Shown here: positions 50,011-63,005 of the stretch, piece after piece
Layout of the letters: each line of letters opens with the position of its first letter
Position numbering within the stretch: the first letter of the stretch is position 1
Assembly (NCBI GenBank): GCA_000934665.2
Contig: JYFJ02000819.1
Location: 1 to 64,000, forward strand
Source: Catajapyx aquilonaris
Lineage: Eukaryota
Length of the DNA: 64,000 nucleotides
Direction: 5' to 3'
Notes under the pieces: model-generated
Told to the model about the DNA's origin: nothing
What the model saw: the letters and a program-made list of their open reading frames with translations, nothing else
The model's database searches: none
Translations under genes and position numbers: made by a program

Positions 50011-53000
50011 TCCTCATTTCCTTTATTTCTGTTTGTTATAGGCTAATAATAATATTATTGTAATAGGGATGTAAATGTGCGTGTTAATGAAACATTACTG
50101 TAAATTATTAATTACTAAATTACTAATTACGGTAATTAGATTGTGCATAATTTTTATGAAGTTAAATCTGTCTTTTGCACTTTGGCCACATATTTATATC
50201 TCCTTATGCGGCGATGGAAATGCGGTTTAATCAAAAGGGTTTAATGGATGCACCTATAGACGCAATATACGTACAGTATTATTGGACATGTGTGTAATGT
50301 ATTGTGACGGCGGGTATGAGCGTGGGTGACGGGTGAGACCGTGAAGAGCAGGGTAACACAAATCTGACCAGAGGTTGGGCTCTGTGGGTGGGTGGGTGGG
50401 TGGGTTTTATCATTGGAGCTATGTGACACTATATGCACAGCGAGAAAGGTGCTTCTGGGCATGCATCTTTACGCAGGACAAAATTATCGAGTAGTTCGCT
50501 CGCCCATCATCTGCGTCACACGTACGACGAGAGATCCCCATTAATTGAACAGCGAGACTCTCGTCGTCTGCACAGCACCTTTGACTAATATAATAATTAT
50601 AAGCATTCGGACCATCGGACGACACTGACACGTGCCAGCAATAAAATTGCCTGGAGGCTAGAGCGCACCCAATCAAATTTGGATAACGTCATAACCTGCC
50701 CATGTACATACGAGTAAATAATAATGGGAACCTGAAAGGGGAAAATCTGCATGCACGCTCCCACGAGAGTCAGGAAATTGCATAACACTTTTGCAAAATG
50801 CGGCTTTGCAGGTACAGCAGTATATAGCAAATGCGATGAACACAGCAACTTGGCTGACGTGCGTGAAGACGAAGTATCGGCCGGTTATATAACGTATCTT
50901 GTCATGCTGAAACTTTAATATTCTGATACTCCCAAGTATATAGGGCGGCATTCGGCCATGACACTGACCTTTGCCTGGTGTCCCCTTCGTATACTTATGC
51001 ATATACGATGGGGGGAAAAAAAGATGGGGGGTATTATTTCAATCGCCTTTTGCCGAAGTCTGCAATCAATCGGAGCACGCAACGTTGCCATTTCGTCTTA
51101 AAAGTGTTATTCAGCTTTTCAACAAGAAAGTAAACGACTGGCTACTGATCTACAATGGCAACAATGGGCCATTTGGCACTGAAAAAATTAAAAAAAAAGT
51201 TTCACTGGCACTTTGATGGGGATTCATTTGTGCTAGTAAATTTCATTCAAGTTGAAATTAAGGTGAGCAACTTTTGTGTCTGGGTAAGCAACTGATAGTT
51301 TACTCGATGGTTTTTTTTTTTTTTTCATTCGAGACCTTCATTGATTTGTACTGTACGAGTCGAATACTGTAGTTAATTTATACGTCGGAGGATTCAACGC
51401 ACGGAGCTGTCTCAATGTGACATGTTCACAAAATGTCAGCGTGTTTGCTTAGCTGGAAAAGACGGATGTGGCTAATGCCTATTATGTAAACTATTATTTC
51501 GGAACCGGCTGTCGTGACACTAATAGTGTGCACGAGTCTATCGAGTGATTGTAAACGACACACAAAATAGGGGCCACTAGGGAAGGAGGTGCCCCAGTGA
51601 TTTCACGTGTCACATGCGAAATAAGGTATTGGCATGTGATTGCCTTGCAAAACATGTACTATACTAAAAGTGAACAGTGGATTGAACACTCGGATTTTGT
51701 CCATTAAGACTGAGTACTTTCCATTTTTTCATCTCATTAAATTTTTCTGGCGGATGTACAGTACAGCAGCTTTCACAGTCATAATTATACAGTGAAAGCG
51801 TACAGTACAATTATTTCATTAACATGACTCAGTACACTGTGCAGTGTCTGGATTAAGTGCGATGCTATGACGTCATATGACGTAAATGCGCGAATTTCCG
51901 GCCTAACATTATATTTCATAAGGTGCGTGCTTAAATTAACCTGATGACTAGAAAAACACGACTGCATGCAAAACATTGCGCTGATTTATTTACTTCAGCT
52001 GACATCTGTATGTAGGTGGTGCACATCCAGAGTTGCTTCCTTTCCTGTCGGTTGCTGGGGGTAAACAATCCGCATGTGCAACCACGATTTATTATTATGG
52101 GAAGTTTTACGCTTCAACAACAGAGGATAAAAGTATAGCTTTTTTTCTGTCTATGAGAACACTAGTTTTTATTCAATTCCTCGACCTTGGAAGGCCGTTC
52201 CTGTAAATAATAAGACATGCTTGTGCTGGTATAGAATGCAAATTTAATGAATTTGCGTGTAAAGGCACCAGAGAGAATTGTTCTCTCTTTTGCAGCTCTT
52301 TTGCCCAATTGTGCAACGTAGGTTAGATACGCATTTTCTACCCTTCATATAATTACTTCAGGCTATAATATTATTTCAGTTGCAACAATTTTTAAAAAGC
52401 GATGAATAAAACTGATTCGCACTATGCAGTAGGACATAATGATGTGAATCACATCTTTGCCTTTTCCTTTGATTTTGAAATAACTTTTGGTTGACTGAAA
52501 CGTTGAATAAGAAATTTTGCAACTTTTTGATAAATGGAGGGTGACATCCTCAAGGCCATTGGGGGCATGAACAACTTGGCCGTTTAACCAAGTGCCAATT
52601 GCGATAATAAATTGTAAACAAATTGCAGGGGTTTCCGTTGCAATGAGCAGCAGTTGGTGCCCGTGTTTATTTGGGTTGGTAGGCTTTATGACTTCCTTTT
52701 GTATTTTGATCGTATGTTGGGTAACTTGTACAATATACAATGGGCTATTATTATCATGGTCACAATCCATGGAAATCAAGCTGTGTAGGAGACTGTAATT
52801 TATTAATGACACTTGTGTTTTTAAATATATTTTTTGTTCCATAAACGTCATATAGCAAGTAACATCCGATATTAACATAGCAGCATAAAGATCATTAGAA
52901 AATATGATCACCACAAATTCATGGCACGAGGAACATGAAGTTATGATAAATAACAGTATTATGGTATAGCAGATGAGTGTAGTTGCACACTTTTTTTATG

Positions 53001-53130
53001 ACTGTGCATGTAATTGCATTTGCACACAAGCACTATACAAAAGGGGAACTTTATTACACATCTACAACCCGCCTGCAACTAACTCCTTACAAAGGTGAAA
53101 TAAAAACTCGAATATCTTTTATATAGGTGA

Positions 53131-56100
53131 TTACTGTTCTTTGTTGTCAAAGAGTGTTTGAATGACAGTATCGTCAGCTAAAGACGTGAGGTCTCCCAGG
53201 TCGTGATCATTTCGGGCAATTTTGGCCAGGATACGTCGCATGATTTTTCCGGATCGGGTCTTGGGCAGTGCTGGAGCGTGATGGATGTAGTCTGGTGCTG
53301 CGAAGGCCCCTATTCTCTCTCTCACTGTAATAAAGACAAAGTTGTATGGAAATTGTTTTTAAAACTGGCAGTGTATTAATTTAGAAAAATACGGGCTAGG
53401 TCTTGTCCTGCAAAGTTATAGCGAATAAATTATAATACCAGTTAACATACTGTAACTGCATAATTAGCTACTAGTAGCTTCAACTCAATTAGTCATGCGA
53501 AATCAACTCAGGATAATATTATGCTTAAGTGAACTTTGATATGGGCAATGCAACTTTTATTTCATGAACTGCACAATTGCTTCCGCCCAAACAGTTTTCC
53601 CATTTGTATTTTGGTTTATACCACAACTTTAAGAAAACATTACTGACAGGAGTGAACAAGGTATACTGGTAATGTTTCCTTTAATGACATTTATTCTTCA
53701 ACAGGTTTTGTTCAAAAGTAACGCACAGTATTTGAATGTCATAAGCCATTAGCATTTAAAATATTATTCAGAAATCATTATTTTGGAACATAATACTGTT
53801 ATGCATTTTTAAATTCAAATATTAGCAGCACCTTACTGCTGTTCGTCATCTTTTAAATTTGCCCTACCTTTGATCTTGAGTTCGTTGACGATTCTTGAGG
53901 TGAATTCCATTCCGTCTTTGAGAGTGACGTAGCAGTAGACACACTGTCCCTTGATGGGGTGTGGCACTGGTACCACAGCAGCTTCAGCCACGCTCCTGTG
54001 TTCAACCAGGGCCGACTCGACCTGTGATGTACTGAGGAGATGCCCAGACACATTGAGCATATCGTCGATCCTCCCAGTGACCCAGAGGTACCCATCCTCA
54101 TCCCTTCTGGCACCATCTCCAGTAAGGTAGTACCCAGGGTGCTTTCTGAAGTATGTGGACTCGTACCGGTCGTGGTTCTCCCAAATGGTGCGGGCCATCC
54201 CAGGCCATGGCCTCTTGAACACCAGTTTTCCTTCGCCTGGTCCTTCAATCTCCTTGCCCTTGTCGTCCAGAATGGCCGGAAGAACTCCAAAGAATGGGAA
54301 GCACTGATCCAAATCAATGTTGATTACAAGTTGGACATTTTTGCAATCTAGAGTTGTGAGTACTTACGGCCGATCCTGGTTTAGTGGGTGTGCATCCGGG
54401 CAGGGGAGTCAGCAGTGGTCCTCCCGATTCGGTCTGCCAGAAGGTGTCCACAATGGAGCACTTTCCATTTCCAACCACCTTGTAGTACCAGAGCCAGGCT
54501 GTTGGGTTGATTGGCTCGCCCAATGTGCCCAGGATGTGCAGGGACTCCCGGCTGTACTTCTTCACATGCTTGTCTCCCAGCTTCATCAAGGACCGAATGG
54601 CAGTCGGAGCTGTGTAGAACTTGTTCACGCCATACTTGTCAACCACATCCCAGTACCGGCCTGAATGGGGGTGAAATGGGGTGCCCTCGAACTGCAAGAA
54701 AACCAGTGCCATTCACACTATCCAGGAAACTAGACCCAGTCGTCTGGACATAGCCCCATGCAAACGTACCAGAATGGAAGTGGCTCCATTGAAGAGAGGT
54801 CCGTACACTACGAAGGTGTGTCCTGTGATCCATCCGATGTCTGCAGGGCCCCAGAAGACCTCTCCTTGGTGATAGTCGAACACATACTTGAAGGTGGTCG
54901 CAGCGTACAGGAGGTACCCGCCAATTGTGTGCATAAGTCCCTTCGGTACACCAGTTGATCCACTTTACGCACAAAAAGAAAAGCAATATTAGGCTCTGCT
55001 GTTCATAGAAAATTCAGTCGGATGTCTGATCAATCTGCTACCAAAAATATCATGTAAGACCTGTATCATTGCCGGTTTTGTGGGACATTGCTTAGGATAA
55101 TAGCAGCACAAAAATTTTGAAACTGTCAGAGAAAAATCTGTGCTATTTCGTTAATAATAATTTGTCATCAGGGTAATGATTTTCATCCTGCACGTCATGC
55201 CACCTGGCAGTGTTTCTTGCATTGCAAGCAAGAATAGATTACAGGCGTTTAACACGACAGAGGAAAACAGTAAATATGGACACAAAATTTCATGAAACAA
55301 CTTTCTATGAAATTTCTACAAAGCAGTATAAAATTTAGCGATTGGTCGGGGAAAAAAAAATCTTGAATTTTCTTTCTCACTTTCTTCCCAGATAATGACT
55401 GATTTATTATTTAAACTTATTTATTCAGTTTTACCTCCCACCCCGACAAATTGCGTAGGAGGGAAGATAATGACTGATGTTGCCTACATTCAAATGGTGC
55501 TAAAAGTAATCCACATCTTTACCTAGTGTACATGATGAAGAAGGGATCCTCCGAGTCCAGCCAAACCGGAGGGCACTTTTCGCTTGCCTTCTCCATCAGC
55601 TCGTGCCACCAGAAATGCCTTCCTTCCACCCACTGCATCCTCTTCTGGATAGAAAAAACACTGATTTGCACTATATACTTAAAAAATCTCTGGACAAACG
55701 TGTCCTGGGAAAGTACATTGACAACAACAGACAGCACTTGAACATTATTTTTGGGGTACCTGTTGGTCGTCATATTCCCTCCTCTTGGCCCCTGAAGGTA
55801 CAGTGGCTCCGTCGATCTGACCCTTTCCATTGCCCCTGGACGCCTGCAACCTTGGAAGATGTTCCACAACAATGCAGGTCTCAACCTTGTGGTTCTTCTT
55901 CCTGCACATTTCAATCGCCTCGTCGCCCAGTTCCTTCAACGGAATCAGCTTCTCTCCTCGCCAGTTGCCGTCAGCAGTGATGAGCACTTTAGAGGTCATG
56001 TTCAGGATCCGGTCAGCCAAAGACTCGGAGGAGAATCCTGCAAACTACACATGCAATTTTTTAAACATAAAAATGTATATTTGAAGGTACACTTAACCGT

Positions 56101-58136
56101 ACCACGACTGTGTGCACTGCTCCAATGCGAGTGCAGGCCAGCATTGCTACCACTGCTTCCAGTATCATGGGCATATAAATGGTGATCCTGTCTCCTTTCT
56201 TCACACCTTTGGACCTTAGCACATTGGAGAATTTGCATACTTCCTTCAGAAGCTCCGAGTATGTTATCTTGTCTTCGTCTGCAGGGTCGTTTCCTTCCCT
56301 GAAAAAAGTGAAAAGTTATATTCAGCAACAATATGCAAAATGTCTGGCACACAATCCAAATTAAAATTATTATCAATGATTTTGCGGTGTTTCCTCTCAA
56401 TAGTTTCAACTATGATGTAGTTTATGTTACGCAATTTTAAAAACCGTGTTTTTCTTTGGCTTATCTGAATAAGTGCGGTAATCTAAGGACGGCGTTGGTG
56501 TTCCATTGACCTACCGTACATGTCAACTGTGCTTGACAGATCACTTTTTATCTGCACTCAGCCTGTTTCTTATCGTTTTCCGGTCCAGTAAAAATACCCT
56601 CCGACCTACTAATCATTTTAAAGACAACCATATATTTTTCAAGTCACGTAACATGTCCCTACGAATGGTGTTTCTGTGCTTTTAAGCACCAAATAGTTCA
56701 GCAGATAAATGCTCTTTAATAAGAAAGCACCAGGAGTGTTCTACTGTGATATTTGATATACTATTATATTAAAGCGCTATCATACAATAATTATTTGATA
56801 CACAGCCTTTAAGTTAGACAGGATTCTGCCCTAAGAGTACCTTTTCTGGAAGGTCATCAGGGACTGCTGGACTTATTGTATGTTGTGATAGTACATTAGT
56901 CAGGAGTATTATTACTCCAGGGGTATTATCACCTCATCTTACCCTGTGGACCCTCACCAGATTCGCTGCTATAGACACGTGTTACTACGTTTTAAATGAA
57001 GATCCGATCACTTGATCACTGCATGTCTCAGAGCCCTTATTATGACGGAGCTAAATATACACTCCATTTTACATATCTCCTCTCATTGCACCTATATTTA
57101 AGCTGGCTACACATTAAAGAGTTATCCACTTCTGATATTACGGAACATCTCAGATAAAATTTTATCCTGAAATCTCTCGTAACGTGACGTAACCAGCTAA
57201 GAACTGCTTACTATAATGTATGTAATGTAAAGTTCATTCAGTGCAATCTCGAATGCACAGTACTCGTATGTTTATCAGCATCAAGGACCTTGCTGCTTAT
57301 GCTGGAGTCAAGGAGTAGTAATTAGTGAAGAAAGAACCTTGAATTTGTAAGTTTCCGGCAACAAGAAGCGTCTGAATCAACAGTTCTTTAGAAAATGTAT
57401 GCCACCTGGTTATAGTGTAGTTGTGCTCTTGTGAATTATGTTGACGTCATTGATGATCTTATGGCAGTACACAAATTTCAGTGTGTGCAACAATCTGGTA
57501 CAAAACTATTCAATTCTACCTGCTTGTATGTGGTGTTACTAAATATTTTATGTGAACGTCAAACTACACAGTCATTACGTGGCCATACATCTGCACCCTA
57601 ATTCCTAGAGATCCTCCGCCTCTCATCCAATCACGGGAAAATCGATACGTAATCCATCACGGTGAGGGATTAAATCTTTTCTTCCAATCAGGTGACATAC
57701 CAAATCGCTTAATAATTTTCAACTAATATTGTTACTCTCCTTATTAGGCATACAATGATAAGTGCAGCGAAGTCAGCAATTTTACAAATTAATTTTATGC
57801 CAGCTGGACTTACCAAAAGAAGGCGATGGTGTCTCCGAGGCCACGCTCAATGTTTCTCTCCAGCAGATTGTAGCTGACATTTGTCTTTCCACCTTCAAAC
57901 CATTTGACAAATATGGGTCCATTTTTGGCATCAAAATTGTACGAGAGGACACGCTGGGGCTTGATGTGCCAGTGCAGCTGCTGGGACAACTCGGACCAAA
58001 AAACCTCAGGCTCCTCCACGGACCGGGCGTAAATCTCGTGGTACTTGGCCATCGTGGGCACGTAGGAGTCCTTGGTTGCGTTTGGTTGAAACACGCACTT
58101 CTTGGGGTCCATTTTTGGGTTGTCGTTTTGCGGCAT
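53131..58136 (-). CDS. ACSS2: Acetyl-CoA synthetase, ACSS2/AcCoAS-like, copy B (690 aa)
   Basis: Exons 58136-57814, 56298-56103, 56044-55760, 55644-55523, 54962-54770, 54691-54368, 54303-53868, 53324-53131; frame intact. Motifs [38 protein letters not shown] and [12 protein letters not shown]. Confidence 0.93.
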
Positions 58137-59259
58137 CCTGGGGATTCGTTGTGACCCACTGCCGACTCCTGGCTCTTACCGGGTTCCAAAGGCAGTGGAA
58201 GGGGAGACGCCTGCGATTCCTTCTAATGTCAAGGACTTTCCACAGATTAATCTAACCCAGCAGAAGTTGCATCATTCTTTTCCCCAGACATTTTAATGCT
58301 TGCGCCACTCATTACTATCCTGGTTTACCATCCCAGACATTACTGGCACCCACAGAGGTAACGTGCCAAGTTCATCTCCTTACCCCAAAATGTAAAAATA
58401 AAAATCCTGATTGTGTGACTTCTGGTGCAATAAGGCCTTCAGGATGTGATAATATGTTCAATGTTGCAACAACGTATCATTTGCATACCTAAACCAGCTT
58501 ACGGCCACAGGAAGCTGCTGGGAACATTGCCAGAGTACTTAGCAGGTGTGTGGTACATTAACTGTACAAATAATTTGAGCAACTTTCCACAAAATGGGAA
58601 TAAAATTGTGCGCTACGAGTAGTGGGTACGATGTTTCAGTTTCTTCCTGATGGACAAGTATTGCTTTGAGGTCAGACATTTTCATTACATAATTAAGAAT
58701 CAATACACTCCAGCTAATTGCCTTTGTAGTTCTCACTGCTTCATGGAAACCATGTCATGACGGTTACTGTGAGGTAGAAATGTTGACTTATTCTAGGATG
58801 TGCTAGCAAAAGAAGTGAACTTCCATTAATGAAGCAATGCCTTTGTGGAGATGATATATTTTGTTGTCATTATTTTGTTTAATAATTAGATATTGATCAG
58901 TCACTGTCATAAAATTCGATGAAACTGAACTGGTACTGACTTGGCACTAATGCGTGTACTTATGCGATTATTCCATAATTGGATTACTCTATCGGTTACA
59001 TAAGCTATGAAGCAGAGCATGAGGAAGACTCCTTTTACTTCTCGTAATCTTATCAGTCACATACTGACAATATAATTAATGGCACTTGTCATCTACAGTT
59101 TGCCATTCTTAAAATGGCCATAGGCTTCAGTGCAAAGAGGATAAAAAGTTTTAAAAATAAATAACTTCCAAATTTGGAAAGAGGTATACATAAATGCAGG
59201 TAGTGTGTAATGGTAGCATTGTCATTATCTCTTGATTGCTCCAGATTTACATTAATTAG

Positions 59260-59516
59260 TATGTTATGGATACCCCGTGATAGGCCTCCTTGGGTCTCTT
59301 AGGGGATCATCTTTTCATGAACTGCCTTTAATCATTGCCTGTACTGTGATGGATTTTGATTGTGGGAGGAAACGGTAGAACCCCAAGAAATCCCACTTGA
59401 ACACGGAGAGAACCCATTGAAAATCTATCCACATAAGTATCCTCCGTCCGATTCTGGAATCAAACTCTGGACCTCAGAGGTGGAAGACTGTGGACACTAG
59501 ACCACCATGTCACCCC
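59260..59516 (-). mobile_element. tRNA-derived SINE with V-domain-like body and 11-bp target-site duplication
   Basis: Minus strand starts GGGGTGACATGGTGGTCTAGTG (A box) and has GAGTTTGATTCC (B box). Body GTTCTCTCCGTGTTCAAGTGGGATTTCTTGGGGTTCTACCGTTTCCTCCCACA. Flanked by direct repeat ACATTAATTAG at 59249-59259 and 59517-59527. Confidence 0.8.
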
Positions 59517-60236
59517 ACATTAATTAGAATGTAAATAGTATGTCAATTCCAGAAACCAGCATACATATAACCTCTTCCGTAACGTGTACGTCCTTCCACA
59601 TAGTAAGACTTGCCCCCATGGGTGAAATTTACTACTGACGCCCTTGATACCAGCTAACTCTTACTATAGTAGTAAGGTCAGTAGTGTCATTAAAATGCTG
59701 CTTCATAATTTGCTGCACATGCTCAACTTTGTATTGCTATCTCCTAATTGAATTTCCTTCCTTCCCAAGTGGTTAGGTAAGTCATGGTCTGATATCAGCA
59801 AAAAAATATGGTTAAAATGCTGATATCTTGGCTGATATAGTCTGACATCTCAGATTTATCTGACCTATACATTCAACTATCAAATATAAGTGAAACTAGA
59901 AATAACCTTCTGAAGGAATCTTTATTTTTCTTGGCACATTCATAGTGTGTAAAACTTCCCCCGATTGATTCTGAGACAGGATGTGAGACGGCCCAGTGGC
60001 CGTGACTGCCCACCAATTAGGTCTAGTTTATAGTGGTCACCAGTCATGGTCAACGCATGTTATCATGGCTGTTAGACTAAATGTGCCAAGCAAAATGCAA
60101 AAAAAAGGTTCATCCTTACACTGAGTTCCTCCACATACGTACATGAAAGTCGATGTCTGCCACACCACACAGAAGCATTAATTCATGCTTGGAAGATGCG
60201 CAACTAACTTATGAGGTCACGTGTCACATACATGTG

Positions 60237-60327
60237 AAAGTTGTGAAAAACTGTAAATTGACCAGAGCACAAGGAAATACATGTATTTCCTTGTGCTCTG
60301 GTGAATTTACCGTTCTTTCACAACTTT
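60237..60327. repeat. Near-perfect palindrome, about 45-bp arms, no loop
   Basis: Perfect 42-bp core ACCAGAGCACAAGGAAATACA|TGTATTTCCTTGTGCTCTGGT (60261-60302), extended by GTTGTGAAA...TTTCACAAC with 2 mismatches and 1 bulge. Confidence 0.93.
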
Positions 60328-61979
60328 TTTAGTACCTCATCAAGAAGTATTTCCTCAATGCCACTACAATAATTTATCCATCGACAATCAGCCCGAAGAA
60401 GGTATTCAATATGCAAAATGTTGTTACGATATGATTAACAGAAGGTCTTGATCAGCAATAGATAATTTCCTACATGATCTCTCACTTCACTAAATGATTT
60501 TGCCTAATCGTATACTCTTGTGTATCACAAGCATTCATTCCCAACCTGTGCTTTTTCCAACTTATATGCCATCTTTACACAGGTGCTGCCTGACTCATAC
60601 TCCACTTGTCAGCATGCTGGCTGAAGTTCTCAGTACTAAAGGAGTCTGCAACTGTCCCAATCGAGCCGCATCCCAAATTTACAGGTATTTAAAATTTTAA
60701 TAGTGTCTTCCTCGTTTTCATTTGATGACGCTGTGCACTATGGAGAGCTTAAAGATGGAGATGACTCCAAGTTGCAGAATTGGTTTTTTACTGTTTCTTT
60801 AAAAATTCCAGGAGCAGTGGCACTACAGCCAAAGAGGTATAATAACCAGTTTTCAGGTGTGACTTTTGGTACCGAGCTACCAATTTCCCAGCATACGAGC
60901 AATTCCTGATCATTTTGTGGCCTGTCATCTTCCTCTTTTTTCCTCTTGATAGTACATTCATGCAGCAAAATCTGTCTATAACCAACTTTTAGTGCAGTAA
61001 AAAACTGGTTGAGATAAACCTTTTTTTGTTTGATCCTGCACAGGATTTTTTTACATGTATTTTTGCTGCACAAGGCAAACATTATCAGCTCAGAACATTT
61101 TTACTGAATGGTGCAACTCCGCTATACTCAAAGTCCGGTGTACACTGAACCACATGACTTATAGTCTGCCTATCTGGCCTTACTCTTCAGAATTACAACT
61201 GACCAATGTTCCCTTAACATATTCCGATGGGCTGTCCCCACAAGGACTTCGTGAGTGTGTGAAAAATTAAGTCAATAACAATATATCAACTGGCTTCTCC
61301 AGCTTACCTAAGCCCTGTTGTGTTTCCTACGTTTTGTCCAGATAATATCCTCTAGAAAGCCACAGAAGTGTACGGGTTAGCTGCCTGTCCCAGACTACAT
61401 GATGACAAGCTGAGGCCAGCCTCTTTGATGTTAAACTGGAACTGTATGAAATTGATAAGGCAAAGTTGACAGGAGGAGGTCATCTGCCAGTGGAAAAAAG
61501 CGTGATAGCACAGAGCTGTGTTTTGCTCATGTTGCTCCATAGCTAATTAAAAGCATGTTTTGAGCATGTTACATAAAACACTGCTGATATTGACAGGCGC
61601 TCGAGACTTTCCGGGTTCTCGCAATAATGAAGTATTGATGACATTTTGCATAATAATAACGTGATCCCTCTTGAAATAACATTCGTGAAAGAATGAGCTT
61701 GAAATTCTATACACAAGTTTAATGCAAAACTGCAGGCTTTACAGGATATGGAAGGGATAACACCTACATGTGGGCAACATGTAAAGCGCATGTCCACACT
61801 GTTGTTTACAGAATAATTACTGCATTGCAGTCACATCTCGGTAGGGGATACTGTACAATCAGTCTGGACAGCTTTAAAAATCTGAACACGATCCAAACTA
61901 ACGTCACAACATAGGATTAGGAGAATAATATTTTGTCGTCGCCTGGTTAATCGCTACTTATGCCCTCCTAAGTGTGCGG

Positions 61980-63005
61980 TCAGGTTCCGTCTTTACCCTT
62001 CACTCTCTGCTTGATTTCCTCCTTCCTCTCCCTGTACGCTTCTTTCAGCTCTTCTTTGCGCTCCTGGTATCGCTCCTTCAGGTTCTCCTTCCTCTCGCCA
62101 TATAAATCTTTCAGGTTTTCTTTCCTCTCCTCGTACATCTCCTTCAGCTTCTCCTTTGATGGGATGGGCTTGATGTAACCCCAATCTCTCAAATATTTGA
62201 TCGAGACGGTCGTTCCGCCTGAAAAAAATTCAGTTGTTAGTTATCGTATCCGCCGATGCAAATAACAGGTTACAAACCCAATGTGACGATGTATCTGGCT
62301 GGAGTTGCAAGCTTGTACAGAGCAAACATCACGGCAAGATGTCCAGCTGCCGAATCTCTTATCGGATCGACAAACTTGTCCGGCAAGCCTATGTACTCCA
62401 ATACTGGTACTATGTCGAATCCTCTGGAAATCAACAGGAATTAATGAATATTACATTTTACATCAATTTAGAGCACATTAAATTCCGATTGCAGCAGGAT
62501 TTTGTGGCTAACTTATCTCAGGAAGTAAGAGAGTGAAAATATTTGAAGATTGCGTACGTCTTCGCCACGTAGTAGAACGTCCCAAACCAGATGACCGACG
62601 TGAAACAATGCACTGGTACGAGGACATACCAGTACTGCTTATACATTTGTTTAAACCGCTGGAACAACGTCATCTTTTCTACCGGTAGGGAATCATCCTG
62701 GTCTGGCTTCGGATCATTCTGACCGCCTTTGGTAACAAACTGCCGGGAATGAATGGGCGTCTGGCATGTGACCGGCAGAAGAGGCGCCATCTGACACAAC
62801 TCGCATCTCATGCGGAGGTCACGTCTTGAGTATACCGGATCTGCAAGACACACGTTAATATGTTACGGTGTGCGCATGTGTATGGGGGCAACGTACATGA
62901 GGAGGTCCTCCAGCGTGGTCCGGCTGCTGCGGTGGCTACGACCCATCCTTCCGGTGCTAATAGAGATGTCCTTGCAAGCCTGGCAGACAGACACAGCAGG
63001 TTCAT
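61980..63005 (-). CDS. FAM210A: FAM210A-like (DUF1279) mitochondrial inner-membrane protein, 258 aa
   Basis: Exons 63005-62897, 62840-62558, 62423-62278, 62218-61980. Signature LFQRFKQMYKQYWYVLVPVH...ALYKLATPARYIVTLGGTTVSIKYL, Arg-rich presequence-like N-terminus and coiled C-terminus. 5'UTR exon donor at 63198. Confidence 0.9.

Noticed and set aside
52363..52914. 183-aa minus-strand ORF after ACS copy B
   Set aside because: AT-rich, no recognisable motif or codon bias; probably 3'UTR or intergenic.
59440..59516. Functional tRNA gene
   Set aside because: A and B boxes are present but there is no clean cloverleaf, and the sequence continues into a SINE body with a TSD.
61968..61982. TGA-C stop context of FAM210A-like as programmed readthrough
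   Set aside because: It would add only about 4 residues, and there is no supporting structure or targeting motif.
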